NCBI GenBank assembly: GCA_951406725.2
Contig: OX597819.1
Span: 28,706,001 to 28,770,000, forward strand
DNA length: 64,000 nucleotides
Direction: 5' to 3'
Origin: Octopus vulgaris
Lineage: Eukaryota
Shown: positions 24,801-38,189 of the stretch, piece by piece
Position numbering within the stretch: the first letter of the stretch is position 1
How the letters are laid out: the number at the start of each line of letters is the position of its first letter
The notes under the pieces: model-generated
Told to the model about the DNA's origin: nothing
Database searches by the model: none
The model's input: only the letters and a program-made list of their open reading frames with translations
Program-made: the position numbers and the translations under genes

Positions 24801-25753
24801 TAAGCTCGCTAGAAATGAAGCCAGTATGCTCCGATGGATGTGTAATGCCAGTACTCACACTCGGCAGAGTGTAAGTACCTTGAGAGAAAAGCTGGACCTA
24901 AGAAGCATCAGTTGTGGTGTGCAAGAGAGACGTTTGCGCTGGTATGGTCATGTGGCGAGAATGGATGAAGATAGTTGTGTGAAAAAGTGCCACACCCTAG
25001 CGGTTGAGGGAACCTGTGGAAGAGGCAGACCCAGGAAAACCTGGGACGAGGTGGTGAAGCACGACCTTCGAACTTTAGGTCTCACTGAGGAAATGACTAG
25101 AGACCGAGACCTCTGGAAGTGTGCTGTGCACGAGAAGACCCGGCAGGACAAGTGAGTCCACAACCCGTGGCCTTCTACATGGGATGGAGCCAGCCTACGT
25201 ATGCATACCTTCCCTTCTTGGGACACAAAACTCTACTTGTGAAGACGTGTTGAGGCAAGTGAGGATCAGAATCGAAATCGATCAATGGAAATTGCGGATG
25301 TGCTACCAGTGCCGGTGGCATGTCAAAACTCTGCTTGTGAAGACCCATTGAGGCAAGTGAGGATCAGAATCGAAATCGATCAATGGAAATTGCAGATGTG
25401 TTACCAGTGCCGGTGGCATGTAAGAGAACTTTCCGTTTCGCGACCGTTGCCAGCACCGCCCCGTTTCGTGTCCGTTGCCAGCCTCGCCTGGCCCTCGTGC
25501 CGGTGGCACATAAAAAGCACCATTCGTTCGTGGCCGTTTGCCAGCTCTGTCTGGCACCAGTGCGGGTGGCACGTAAAAAGCACCCACTACACTCACGGAG
25601 TGGTTGGCGTTAGGAAGGGCATCCAGCCGTAGAAACACTGCCAGATTTGACTGGGCCTGATGAAGCCTTCTGGCTTCACAGACCCCAGCAGAACCGTCCA
25701 ACCCATGCTAGCATGGAAAACGGACGCTAAATGATGATGATGATGATGATGAT
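21816..25753 (+). mobile_element. RTE-clade non-LTR retrotransposon, near full length (5' end may extend to 21096)
   Basis: Single APE-RT ORF, 3' UTR with internal repeats, (GAT)n tail. Confidence 0.95.
21988..25155 (+). pseudogene. RTE ORF: APE endonuclease, RT, PHD finger, RTE C-terminus; one in-frame TAG at 24262
   Basis: TLNVGTL, MQEIRW, SAYAPQ, AGDFNGH, QIDYIL; NYRGIKLL, QFGF, FVDMEKAFD, QGSVLSP, YADD; RYLG, RRLRWYGHV, GRGRPRKTW. ORFs 21988..24264 and 24478..25155 are in the same frame. Confidence 0.95.
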
Positions 25754-25960
25754 ATATATATTGATTTGAAAACCCCACTAGAATGGGAGAAAGCGCTAAT
25801 GATCTAAGTGATATGATATATATGTAAAAAATGTAATATATAAATAAATATCTGTAAATATAAACCATCCGATCTTCTGATTACCTCATTTCTTCTAATA
25901 TATATATATATATATATATAATTGATCAAAATAAAATAAAAACATGATGCGAAGGATTCA

Positions 25961-26038
25961 GCGGTACATATGTTTCGGGCCTTTATTAGACAGATTTATA
26001 ACAATGCATAATGTATGTCTGTGGCCTTCTTCAGCCGC
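25961..26038 (-). ncRNA. Type I HHR
   Basis: GCGG-CTGAAGA-aGGCC..long loop..GGCCc-GAAA-CATATG-TA-CCGC; palindromic stem III ACATATGT; GUA triplet. Lies in an about 470-bp island (25921-26395) bounded by (TA)n. Confidence 0.85.
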
Positions 26039-26704
26039 GCACAACAGCTTCCGCAAGGACATGTGTTACATCAAAAATTCTTGGTTGGGGATGCAAATCC
26101 TCTCATTCACGTACGACATAATTCGGCAGCAGCATAGAATTGAAGCGTCCATCTCTTTCTTCTCTCAATGTAGAATGAGGAAAATTGGATGTTGAGGTAA
26201 TGTAAATAAATAAATACATATATAGAGGTGAAGATGGAGGGGCGAGAGTTCGGGACGAGGGATAAAAAATGTATAAAAAGTGTAAGTATAGAATAATATA
26301 AAAATGTAGAGGATAAAGATATAAAGAGTTGTAACCTACACCACCAAACGGTATACACAGGTGCTTATAATTATCAAGTACTCACCCCGAATTTCTATAT
26401 ATATATATATATATATATTTATTTATAAATATGAGAGTTATTTAAAGGTAAATTTCCAAAACTGGTTAATAAAGTTATATAATCCTAACGGGTACCATGT
26501 TCATACTTATTGGTTAACAATACTGACTAACCTCAGTAATTGAAGTCCAGTTAATTGACTTAACTATACTTGGCAGTGGAAACATGTGCAGGTACTGACA
26601 AAGAAAGATGTGATTAACTGTATAATAAAACCTGGGTATGTAAATCTGTGTTATCTTAATTTTTATGAAAAGAAAGGCAGTTGAAAATACAAAATAACAA
26701 ACAT

Positions 26705-27093
26705 TTCTTTATGAAAATTTATATACAGTTGCTTAATTCCTTTCACAATTTTTTTGATTTTTAAAAGTAATGGATTATGGAGAGTTTTATAACATGTTTT
26801 GTGTGGCAGTTCTTCTCTTGAAGATCTCTTGATAATGTGTTACATTTTAAAATTTTAAGCATTATTTTGCTGATGTCAAATGGTCTGCGAGCAGTTCTAA
26901 TGTACCGAATGACATCAGCATAACTAATACTTAAAATTTGAAAATGTAACACGTTGTTAAGAAATCTTTAAGAGAAGAACTTCCACATTGAAATATAAAA
27001 AAATCTGTGATAAAACTCCATAAATCCATTACTTTTGAGAATCAAAAAAACTGTGTGAAACCATTAAGTAATTGTATATAAATTTTGATAAAG
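26705..27093. repeat. About 390-bp imperfect palindrome (foldback MITE-like)
   Basis: Arms pair along their length, e.g. AAAATTTATATACA/TGTATATAAATTTT, AAAAGTAATGGATT/AATCCATTACTTTT, TGCTGATGTCA/TGACATCAGCA around an about 30-nt centre. Confidence 0.8.
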
Positions 27094-27279
27094 CAAATTT
27101 TCCTAAATTGCATTTCCAACTTTTTTCTTTTCTTCATACTTCTACTTCTGTGGAAAACTTAATTTTCTGTATATATGAGTATATGTATACGTAAATATGT
27201 GTGTGTGTGGGTGTGGGTGTGTGTGTGTGCATGTGCATGTGAGTGTATGTATGTTTTTATATATATATATATATATTTA

Positions 27280-28278
27280 CAGGGTGTGGTGAATAAATTG
27301 CCATCTAAATTATGCAATAATAAAAATAACACTGACATCTCATTTTAACAGATATGTTTACCAAAATTACATAAAGATATCTTGAAATATTAAAGAGTAA
27401 ATTTATGCTATAAAATTGCAAATGACTTCAACCACGGCCTCCAGATGACTTTAGAATTTCCTGCAACTTTTCTGGACAGTCTCCTTGCTTAAGTTGGTGA
27501 ATGCCATAATCCTTGCCTTCAGTTCATCTTTGGTGTTACAAGGAGTTTTGTTGGTCCTTCACTCAACTGTGCTCCACACATAATAATGAAGGGGGTTGCA
27601 GTCTGAGAAGTTAAGGAAGATGTGGTCACAGAAATTGTCTGACAGCTGTGACTAGGTTTACCTGCTTGTGTGGCATGGTGCAGAGTTTGTGTGGCATGGT
27701 CTTCCACCTGTCACCCTCTTGACCCAGGGCAGCACTACCTCATCCAGTTACTTGATCTAGACTTCCATGTTGAGTCTGAAGCCATGTGGGAAGATGAATT
27801 GAGGTATAACATTACCAACACTAATGATCACTCCAAACACCTTGATGTTGACTGAATGTTTGTTTTTTATCACTCTTGGTACATGTTTTGGGCAAACGGT
27901 AAGTTAAGGGTTGTTCTGTGTGTTCACCATCTCATACTGGCAGAAATTTTTCTTGTATGAGAAAAAACCAAAGCATGTTCAGTTGGAAGGGATGCTTAGC
28001 TTGTTCAAAAGCTTTGTAGCATGGTCTTTCCTCTTGTCATTGATGAACTTAAGACAAGGATTATGGCAGCATTCACCAACTTAAACAAGGAGACCATCCA
28101 GAATAGTAGCAGGAGATTTCGAAGTCGACTGGAGGCCATGGTGATTTTATTGCATAAATTTACTCTTTAGTATCTCAAGATATTTTATGTAATTTTGGTA
28201 AATATATCTTTTAAAATGAGATGTCAGTGTTATTTTCGTTTTTGCATAATTAAGATTACAGCTTTTTTTCACTGCACC

Positions 28279-28281
<3 letters not shown>
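27280..28281 (-). mobile_element. Tc1/mariner (DD37D/maT-like) deletion derivative with about 245-bp inverted ends
   Basis: TA-CAGGGTG...CACCCTG-TA; SDCNPLHYYVWSTVE remnant. A solo end of this family lies at 50431-50545. Confidence 0.85.
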
Positions 28282-28325
<44 letters not shown>

Positions 28326-28538
28326 AGACAGGGTGCTGTAAGTTTCCTGGCTTTGGGTAAAAGAAAATGTGGGAGGATCAGTTAATTATATTATTCAAAA
28401 TATTCCCCTCTCTGATTCACACACTTATGGCAATGGTCCTTCAGTTTTTCTAAGCCCTGTAAAAGAACTTGGAAGGCTGGACCTCTAACCAAGCTTTTCA
28501 CAATAACCCTTAATACCAGGAACTTTTCAACATCCCCT

Positions 28539-28597
<59 letters not shown>

Positions 28598-28712
28598 AGT
28601 AAAAAGATTGTGTGGTGTTGATGCTCACAGTGACAAAAAAGCATGGCAGGAATATGATAAGGTCTGTTAAAAAAAGCATTATCTTCAAACTGGTTAGAAG
28701 GAGTGGAATAAC

Positions 28713-29270
28713 ATTTCTGTAAACATCTAGACAGATACCGGAACACCGACAAAAGCATAACAGTCACAATTGAGGCCAATGAAAGAAATTTGGGTAATTT
28801 AAGAATTAAGGAAGCTATAATCATAGACAGACTAGGGCCCCAAATTAACAACTGGCTGGAGGCTGGTAATCAATACATTATTTAGATACATCTGGATGCG
28901 TGTAGGTTCATTTTTGATAATATGCTCATCTGTAGTTTTTAACAAAAAAGAGGAAGCTGCACATATAATACGTAACTTAGAAGCAGCGCTATGGATATAC
29001 CAGCACACACGAGATTGAGACATGGCCAACCTCACACACTTCCCATGAAGAATTCCGGAAGGAGCATCGTGAGACCACTGCTGAGACGCTTCCACAAAAT
29101 AAAAAATAAAAGCCGTTAGAAAACCGATTATAGCAGGAATGCCATCTAAGAATATCTGAAGAAGGAATATCATTCCGAAATATCATATCAGACTATGGAT
29201 GACTAAATTACAACATGTAAATAGCCATTGTCTATATTATAGTTCATTGTTGTACCATTCAAAACATTTT
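28713..29270 (+). mobile_element. 3' fragment of the PLE2 family
   Basis: Collinear with the reverse complement of 17642-18185 (ERNLGNLRIKEAIIIDRLG), including the 3' hairpin and HHR. Confidence 0.85.
29152..29188 (+). ncRNA. Minimal HHR (PLE2 family)
   Basis: ATAT-CTGAAGA-A-GGAATatcATTCC-GAAA-TA-TC-ATAT; stem III reduced to the palindrome ATAT. Confidence 0.8.
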
Positions 29271-29466
29271 ATTCTTTACATACATACACACACACACACA
29301 TATATATTACATAATCATTCTATTTTACATCCATTTTATATGCTAGCATGGAGATTAGATTATTATATTGTTGAGGCATTGACCACAACCTTTGAACTGG
29401 AACAACTAAAAGAGTAAAAGACTGTTTGGTCAATGAGTGACCCTGAAGACTTCCTTGGCAGATACC

Positions 29467-29726
29467 TATTTCTTTATTACCCACAAGGGGCTAAACACAG
29501 AGGGGACAAACAAGGACAGACATAGGCATTAAGTCGATTACATCGACCCCAGTGCGTAACTGGTACTTAATTTATCGACCCCGAAAGGATGAAAGGCAAA
29601 GTCGACCTCGGCGGAATTTGAACTCACAACGTAACGGCAGACGAAATACCGCTAAGCATTTCGCCTGGCGTGCTAACGTTTCTGCCAGCTCGCCGCCTAA
29701 CATGTTAACGTTTCTGCCAGCTCGCC
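29467..29726 (-). mobile_element. tRNA SINE type B with a Meta-domain-like core
   Basis: GTCGACTTTGCCTTTCATCCTTTCGGGGTCGATAAATTAAGTACC core; TSD (CC)TTGGCAGATACC at 29453-66 and 29725-38. Other copies: 45496-45722(+), 32805-33000(-). Confidence 0.85.
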
Positions 29727-30517
29727 TTGGCAGATACCATGTGGTTGTGAAAGAATCTTCCTGACAGACTATGAATATTGTTTTTCTTTGAGTGCCTTTT
29801 TTTTCATAAGATACCATCTTTTGGGTGAAAGAAGAAAGAAACAAGAATTGATCCCCCAGTATTTGACTGGTATTTCATCCATCAGCCTCCAAAAAATGAA
29901 AGACAAAGTTGATATTGGTAAGATTTGAACTCAGAGTGTGAACAAATTCTACAAGACATTTAAGTCTTTAACATTCAAATAGTTCAACCAAATGTAATAC
30001 TTATTTATTCACATTATTTTGAATTTATCCTGCATTATTTTGTAGCTTCAAGATTTCAATGGTGTGACTGTAAATTTTTTAGACTAGCATTGTAGGGTAG
30101 CTGTGAGAGGCTGGATCCAACCAGTTTGAACATAAAACAGGGTGAATATTTTGACTGAATATAGCCAGTTTAGATGCTAAAGAGTTAAACCATGTTCTAA
30201 TGATTCTGCCTGCCTTAATGAACGAATACTAAATTGATTAAGGTGGGGAGAAAATTCGAGTTCACTTCTGAGATATAAGCAATAAGTTCTCTAACTTTTG
30301 ACAAGATCTTGAAAAATCATTACTCGAACATAAAAAAGGGAAAAAATCCTTATTTAGGACTAAAAATAATCCTCTTATCTAAGAATAAATGCAACATTGT
30401 TCAAATAGTAAGCACTTCTATCTATAAGCTATTTTTACATCCTACTCTTTACTTACATTTAACTGTAGATTTCGTTTCTTTAGGGCATTCAACATCCCTT
30501 TCATATTTAGTACTTCT

Positions 30518-30572
<55 letters not shown>

Positions 30573-30778
30573 AATGCACACACACACACATTTTTTAAAA
30601 ATGTCTTTTAGCTGGCTTGTTTTTCTTCTTTCTTTCCTTTTTCTTGTTTCTCCATTCTTGTCATTATAAGTTTTTGTTTTGGCTACTTCACTTTTCCAAA
30701 GAATGTAATGGCTGAAATATTCTATTCTTTTCACAAGTTTTTCCCAAGAAAGATACGGAAGGTAGAGTCATAAGAAAA

Positions 30779-30838
<60 letters not shown>

Positions 30839-31058
30839 TTAAAACTAAGAAAAGCCCAAACAAGTGACTAGAAATTACTATGAAGGCTGCTGTGGGAAGT
30901 AAGAGGAGGACAGAATCAAGAAAATTTACAAGAAAATATATATGATGAAATTCTTCATTTCTTTGACAGTATTATTAGAAAGTTACATTAATTGGATAGA
31001 ATATTGGTAATTTTCTCTCTCCCCCACTATTTTCTCCTCTCTTCATCTTTATATACAT

Positions 31059-31160
<102 letters not shown>

Positions 31161-32734
31161 GTATATGCATATATGTAAACACACATATACATGATATATG
31201 TATGAATATATTAATATATACGCATACACACACATACATATATATGATGTATATGTGTTCATATATATATATATATATACACACACACATACATATATAT
31301 ATTATATGTATGCACATATATCTTTGAAGATATAGTTATCTTGTGCCTGGCAATGTGATGAGCTTTGGTAAATATTCTACAGTTAGGTAAATATTTAATT
31401 TAAGCACAAAATAAGAATTTAATAGTTATTCACTTAACTTTTTCTTAATACTGTTATAAGCACTAATAGAAAATCTTAAAATTTTTAGTAGAAATGAAAA
31501 AAAGAGATTGATTATGATGATGACAACAACAACAATGATGATGATGATGATGATAATGATAAGGATGGGGATTATGATGATGAGGAGGAGGAGAAGGAGG
31601 AGGAGAAGGAAGAAGATAAGGATGATGATTATTATCCTCCATGCTGGCGTGGAGTGGATAGACCATGATGATCAGTGTCAGGTTGCATTTGGAGTCATTG
31701 CTGTCTGAGAAGATTCAGAAGGCTATTTCTTGTTGGTATGTTCCGGTTTTGGCACAGTTTCTATGAGTAGATGTCCTTTCTAACACCAACCACTTTACAG
31801 AGAAAACTGGATGTATTTCATCATAGCACCAACACTAGAAATGTTGTTTTGTCCTTGACCAGTATAAAAGATTCTCATGACTCTGCTGCTTCCATTAATT
31901 TGTCTCCCATGTTACAGGGTGTACCGAGTACCTTTTATCAGTGAAGCTGCACTAATGAGGCTCTTGTTTCCATTTGCTCATTGCAGCATGACCAAAAGAG
32001 TGATTGATGACAGAAAGACCAGGGTGAGTGAGTGAAAGGAGAAAGAGTGTGGTAGTAGAAACAGAGTGAGTAGGATGAAGAGGTGGTTAGAAATGATGTA
32101 AGAGAGGAGTGCTAAAACTGGATGGAGTAATGGAAGAGAGACAGTGATGGCAACCACATATTTGCTGGGAAAGAGATTGGATGATGGATAATATTAATGA
32201 TGGACAATAATAAGAAAGAGTGATGGATCTCAATAACAATTTGCCTGCAGAAGAGAGCAAGTGATGCCTGGCATGATGTCTTTGATGATGATGATGATGA
32301 TATTCTGCTCAATACCACAGATTTACTTGTCAGTTGCTTGACCTTAACCAGTTGAGGATGTCCCTTAGTGGCTGATGATAAGTGAATCTCTGGTCACAAG
32401 CAGAAATAGTTGGGGAGCATCATAGCCATGAGTTGAGAGGAATTCTTTGGGGTTTGGATAATTCACCTCTGGAAACATGGATGTTTTGTTAAACGTCCTT
32501 AAACAAGGGATCTTTTGAGTGGGATGGGCTACTTGACCTGAAGAAAATTCTAACTGGGCTCCATCTGCAAGGTCAATCGCTGTTTATCTTCATATGAGAT
32601 CACTATGTCATGCACATATGGTTATGATGCATGTGCCTGGTGTACCCTTATCAGACAGGTAGTCATGATGGGTATACTGGGCTTCGTATATTTTATCCCA
32701 GTGTTACTTTGATGGCATGCACTGCTCTCTCATG

Positions 32735-32797
<63 letters not shown>

Positions 32798-33510
32798 TTT
32801 TGAAAATTTGGCACAAGGCCAGCAATTTGGGGGAAGGGTTTAAGTCAATCACATTGACCCCAGTGCTCAACTGGTACTTATTTTATCAACCTCCGAAAGG
32901 ATGAAAGGCAAAGTTGACCTTGGAGGAATTTGAACTCAGAATATAAAGATGGATGAAATGTCACTAAGCATTTTTGCCTGGCTAATGATTCTGTCAGCTC
33001 ATAATAATGTTAATGATAATGATGATGATGATGATGATGATGATAATAATAATAATAATAATGTTTTTATTATATAACACTACACCTTTTTTGGAATGCT
33101 GTAATGGAAAATACTGTGGAGGGCTAAGCCCCAAACAAAATCCCTTTTCATATTTAGCTAAAGATTTTTTTACAATGTGAATTCAACTTCTACAGAAGAT
33201 AACTTCTTTAAAATAATTTCAGTAGTTCACTGGAAATCAGTCCAGTAAGTTGTACACCCCCATCGTTTATGGCCTGCCTCAATGGTAGAATGTTTTCCAT
33301 TCATTTGATACAAGAAAGATGAATGAACTTTAAAATCAATTTCATCAGATTATAACCATTTATGCAATATTCACAAAACTCACTCAATGAATACATAACT
33401 AGAAAAATGCTAGCTAAATAAATAAAGGAACAAGTATGGCTGTGTGGTTAAAAATCTCACTTTGTAACCATATTCTTATATGTAAATATATATGTATATA
33501 TATATGTATG

Positions 33511-33559
<49 letters not shown>

Positions 33560-35520
33560 CCAGCTCCGTCTGGCACCTGTGCGGGTGGCACGTAAAAGCA
33601 CCCACTACACTCACGGAGTGGTTGGCGTTAGGAAGGGCATCCAGCCGTAGAAACACTGCCAGATCAGACTGGGCCTGATGCAGCCTTCTGGCTTCACAGA
33701 CCCCAGTTGAACCGTCCAACCCATGCTAGCATGGAAAGCGGACGCTAAATGATGATGATGATGATGATGATATATATATATGTATGTATACATACATACA
33801 TACATACATACACTTTATTTGTGGGTTGATAAGGTAACCAATGGCTTCGTGTGAAGAGATCTTTATAATTGTTTAAGTGTACCACATGAAAATGCAGGTA
33901 GATATTAGTGTATATATATCTATCTATCTATCTATATCTATATGAGTATGAATGTGTGTGCGTGCGCTTGTGTTTGTAATGCCACCCCACCACCTTACAA
34001 CCAGTGTTAGTTAGTTTATCTACATCATCATAACTTGGTGGTTTAGCAAACGGGACTGATACAATAAGTAACAGCCTTAAAATAGGTTATGTGGTCGATG
34101 TGTTCAACTATGACCCTTCAAAGTGGCATCCCAGTATGACCACAGTTCAATAACTGGAACAAACAGAAATTATGAAGATAAAGAAAAAAGACCTCAGTGG
34201 TTGTGTGGTAAGAAATTTGCTTCTCAGTCACATCGTTCTGAGTTCAGTCCTGATTGGGTAAATGTCTTCTACTCTAATCTTGGGCCACCAAAGCCTTGTG
34301 AGTGGATTTGGTTGATGGAAACAGAAAGATACCCATTGTATGCATGTATGTATGTATGTATGTATGTATGTATGTATGTATGTATGTATGTATGTATATG
34401 CGTGTCTGTGTGTGTGTGTGTGTGAGTGTGTGTGTATGTACGTATAAGTGAGTGTGTTTGTTTCTGTCTGTGTTTGTTCCCTTGTTGTTGTTTGACAACC
34501 AATGTTGCTATGTTTACATCCCCATAACTTAGCAGTTCAGCAAAACAAACCAATGGTATAAGCACCAGGCTTAAGGTAAAAAAAAAAATAAATAAATAAA
34601 AACGTTTTGAGATCAATTCATTCAACTAAAATTCTTCAATGCAGTGCCCCACCATGGCCACAGTCTGATCACTGAAACAAGGAAAAGTTAAAAGAAAGAT
34701 AAAAGATGCACCATTCTTCTAGCTACCATTGATTACAGAGAAATTTTTCAATTTTATTTTTTTCCATCCTTCAATAAAGAACATATCCAACACCTTAAGA
34801 AACAACACAAAACACGTGTTTGTGTGAGCAAACTAACTCTTAGTTTGCTCAGACTGTGAAGTAAATATTTCATGTTATATTGTAAACATCATTTTTGTTG
34901 CAGCCTAATATATGACTACAATGAGATCGATAATGACAGTAGAATCAATTTTTGCTATCTCCTTGTTGCCCACCTCTCTCTCTCTCTCTCTCGCCTTATG
35001 GGGCTCCCTTCCTTTACACTATACCATCGCTCTATTTCCCCTGTCATACATTTGCTCCTCTGATCATCCTTTTGGTGGCGTGTTTTCTTGGATGAATGGA
35101 AACATTGTAGGGTAGTGATAATTCTTTAGCTTTTATAGCTCATAAGCTGATCTCAATGGTGCTGCTGTCATGGTAAAATGCATAATGTTGGGTTAAAAAG
35201 AATTTTGAGTTTGTACAAAGAAATGACAACTTCCCTAGTGATGACACCACAACAAAACAAAATGTACTCAGTAGACTTTGTAAAGTGACTGGTGGGTGTT
35301 TGGAAGGGTATTCTGTCATGGAAACCATGTCAGAAAGGGAATGTGATGAGTGAAACTTGATCCTCTAATTGGCTTGGATCACAATGACCTGTCCAAATCA
35401 TGACAGCATAGAAAAGCAGATGAAAGTAATAACAAGAATGAAAATGATAACGTTGCTGCTGCTGATGAAGGTGATGTTGAAGGATCAGTGCTTTGAGTTA
35501 TGCAATAAATATTATATATA

Positions 35521-36521
35521 CTGTAAATCCTCAAGTATAATCCGCATTTTTTTCCCAAAATTTAAAGGTCAAAATCCCTAGTGCGTACTATATACGAGGT
35601 TAGAAATAAAAATTATTTTCTAAGCAATGTCCGAGTCTCTATTTGCTGTCTGGCTATGTTTATTCAGACACATTTTGTGATGTCGGGTGTATGAAAACAC
35701 CTTAAGCTAAGCCTGAAGGTAATGAAGTCATAAAAGGATCATCCATAACTTGCCGTAAGCAACATTTATTAAATGTTATTACTGTTATTACTGTTATTTC
35801 TTTATTTTCTGCAAACAAAATGCACAAAAAAAAGCTACACGTTTGCATCATGTTATATATATAATAATAAAAGATGTTACCGTATACATTTTTACAAACC
35901 AAGGACGTTATATAGACCTCCTTGACTCATGTTAGAGAAGGGGTGCGTATTATACACAAGGTTTAGGTTTTTCAGAGGTACATCATCATCATCATCATCA
36001 TCATCGTGTAACGTCCGCTTTCCATGCTAGCATGGGTTGGACGGTTCAACTGGGGTCTGGCAAGCCCGAAGGCTGCACCAGGCCAGTCAGATCTGGCAGT
36101 GTTTCTACAGCTGGATGCCCTTCCTAACGCCAACCACTCCGAGAGTGTAGTGGGTGATTTTATGTGCCACCAACACAGGTGCCAGACGAGGCTGGCAGAC
36201 GGCCACGCTCGGATGGTGTTTTTTATGTGCCACTGACACAGGTGCCAGACGAGGCTGGCAGACAGCCACGCTCGGATGGTGTTTTCTTATGTGTCACCGA
36301 CACAGGTGCCAGACGAGGCTGGCGAACAGCCACGCTCGGATGGTGTTTGATACGTGCCCTCAGCATGGAGGCCAGTCGATGCGGTACTGGCTACGGTCAC
36401 GTTCGGATGGTTTTCTTATGTGCCACCGGCACTGGTACCACAAGGATACAAATTCCATTGATGTTCATCTATTTTGGTTGCGTATTATACTCAAGGGCAA
36501 ACTATACTCGAGGATATATGG
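35521..36521. mobile_element. Tc2/pogo-like MITE interrupted by an RTE 3' end (uninterrupted copy 54214-54735)
   Basis: TA-CTGTAAATCCTCGAGTATA...TATACTCGAGGATTTACGG-TA ends; the two copies are collinear at both ends. Confidence 0.85.
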
Positions 36522-37806
36522 TAAACAGTTTTTCCTTGAATGGATTACTGCAAGGAATTTTCCTGCCATCCAGTCTTTTAAACTTTTTCTATGTAGGTTA
36601 ACATTTAACTTACATAACCTTCTCACATCACTTTGAAATACACACCCAGCATCATGCACAGATGACATCAGAGCTATCACCTCTCACAATCTCTAGACTA
36701 GACTAGACTAAGTCGAAAGTCATTAAAAAGGTTGCAAGTAGCAATGAAAGAGCTTTGACAAACAAAAACAAAACAAATGATTTACTGTTTAACCAAATTA
36801 AACAAGCAATCGATTAGTTAGTTGGATATTTAACCAATTGACTAATAATAAAGGAGTGGAATTGAACCAGTGTGTGTGTTATTAATGATATTGGCATAAT
36901 GACTCTCCCTAGACACAACAAAATTTGTTTCAAAACTCAAGTTCACATAAAGAATCTTGCAAACCAGATACAATGACTTCATAAACAGTTTTCATCATTA
37001 ATTGATGAAGTAACAGTAATATTTTAATATACACTGTATCTATTTATCAATATTTTAAATAGATGTAACTTATGAAAACCATTTTGAAAAGGAATTAAGA
37101 ACAATATCAACCAAAAATTATTTGTAAAGATGGAAAACTTCAGTTCTTCTACCATTCTATTGATGAAATCATGCAAAAAATCATAATGTAATTGATGACA
37201 TTACCATGAAACATGTTGGAAACAGCATCTTTGTGATAAAGATAGGTAATTGTTCATAACAACATACTTTGAAGTAGATAAAATGCAATAATCAAGTTTC
37301 TTTTACAGTTGATAGATTTTTTAATATTTTCAAAAATGAAAGCCAACATTTAGAAGACATGATTTTCGTGTTTTTTTAGGAAAGTTATTGCTGTCAAAAA
37401 CATGTTTCTTGTTGCATTGACTAGTAACCAGCAGTGAAGTGGTCCAATATATAGATTATTTACTTCAAAGATTTGTCATTGCATGATACAAAACAGTTCA
37501 ATTCATGGCATCAAATAAGACTTTTAATTTTGAAACGGATTTACTTGATTCTTGTTACTTAGAGAAATTTTCATTGATTTAATTGCAAATTCTTGAGAAA
37601 AAAAAAATTAAAACATAACTGACAGATACTGAAACTAGACTTCTAAAGATGATATATTTGATTATAATAAAAATAAAATCGGCGGAGAAAAGTAAATTTT
37701 TTAGACTTCATATATATTACATACCATATTTCTTTTTGAGATTTGTGTATTTCCTACAGTTAAAAAAATTGAGAATCTATTTTGTCTTAAGATATATACT
37801 GTGAGT

Positions 37807-38189
37807 GGAGGCGCAATGGCCCAGTGGTTAGGGCAGCGGACTCGCGGTTGTAGGATCGCAGTTTTGATTCCCAGACTGGGCGTTGTGAGTGTTTATTGAG
37901 CGAAAACACCTAAAGCTCCACGAGGCTCCGGTAGGGAATGGTGGTGATCCCTGCTGTACTCTTTCACCACAACTTTCTCTCACTCTTACTTCCTGTTTCT
38001 GTTGTACCTGTATTTCAAGGGGCCGGCCTCGTCACTCTCTGTGTCACGCTGAATATCCCCGAGAACTACATTAAGGGTGCACGTGTCTGTGGAGTGCTCA
38101 GCCACTTACACGTTAATTTCACGAGCAGGCTGTTCCGTTGATTCGGATCAACCGGAACCCTCGTCATCGTAACCGACGGAGCGCTTCCA
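37807..38189 (+). mobile_element. tRNA SINE type C head with an alternative tail (tail 2)
   Basis: First about 180 bp match 14285-14465, then an unrelated tail that also occurs at 42520-42630(-) and 49965-50045(-). Confidence 0.85.

Noticed and set aside
25655-25685. CTGATGA followed by a hairpin in the RTE tail
   Set aside because: No GAAA after the hairpin, and other tail copies lack the motif.
32370-32420. CTGATGA...GAAA in an (AAT)n-tailed repeat (similar weak hits at 46030-46050 and 54157-54185)
   Set aside because: No stem I or III pairing around a UH site; consistent with chance.
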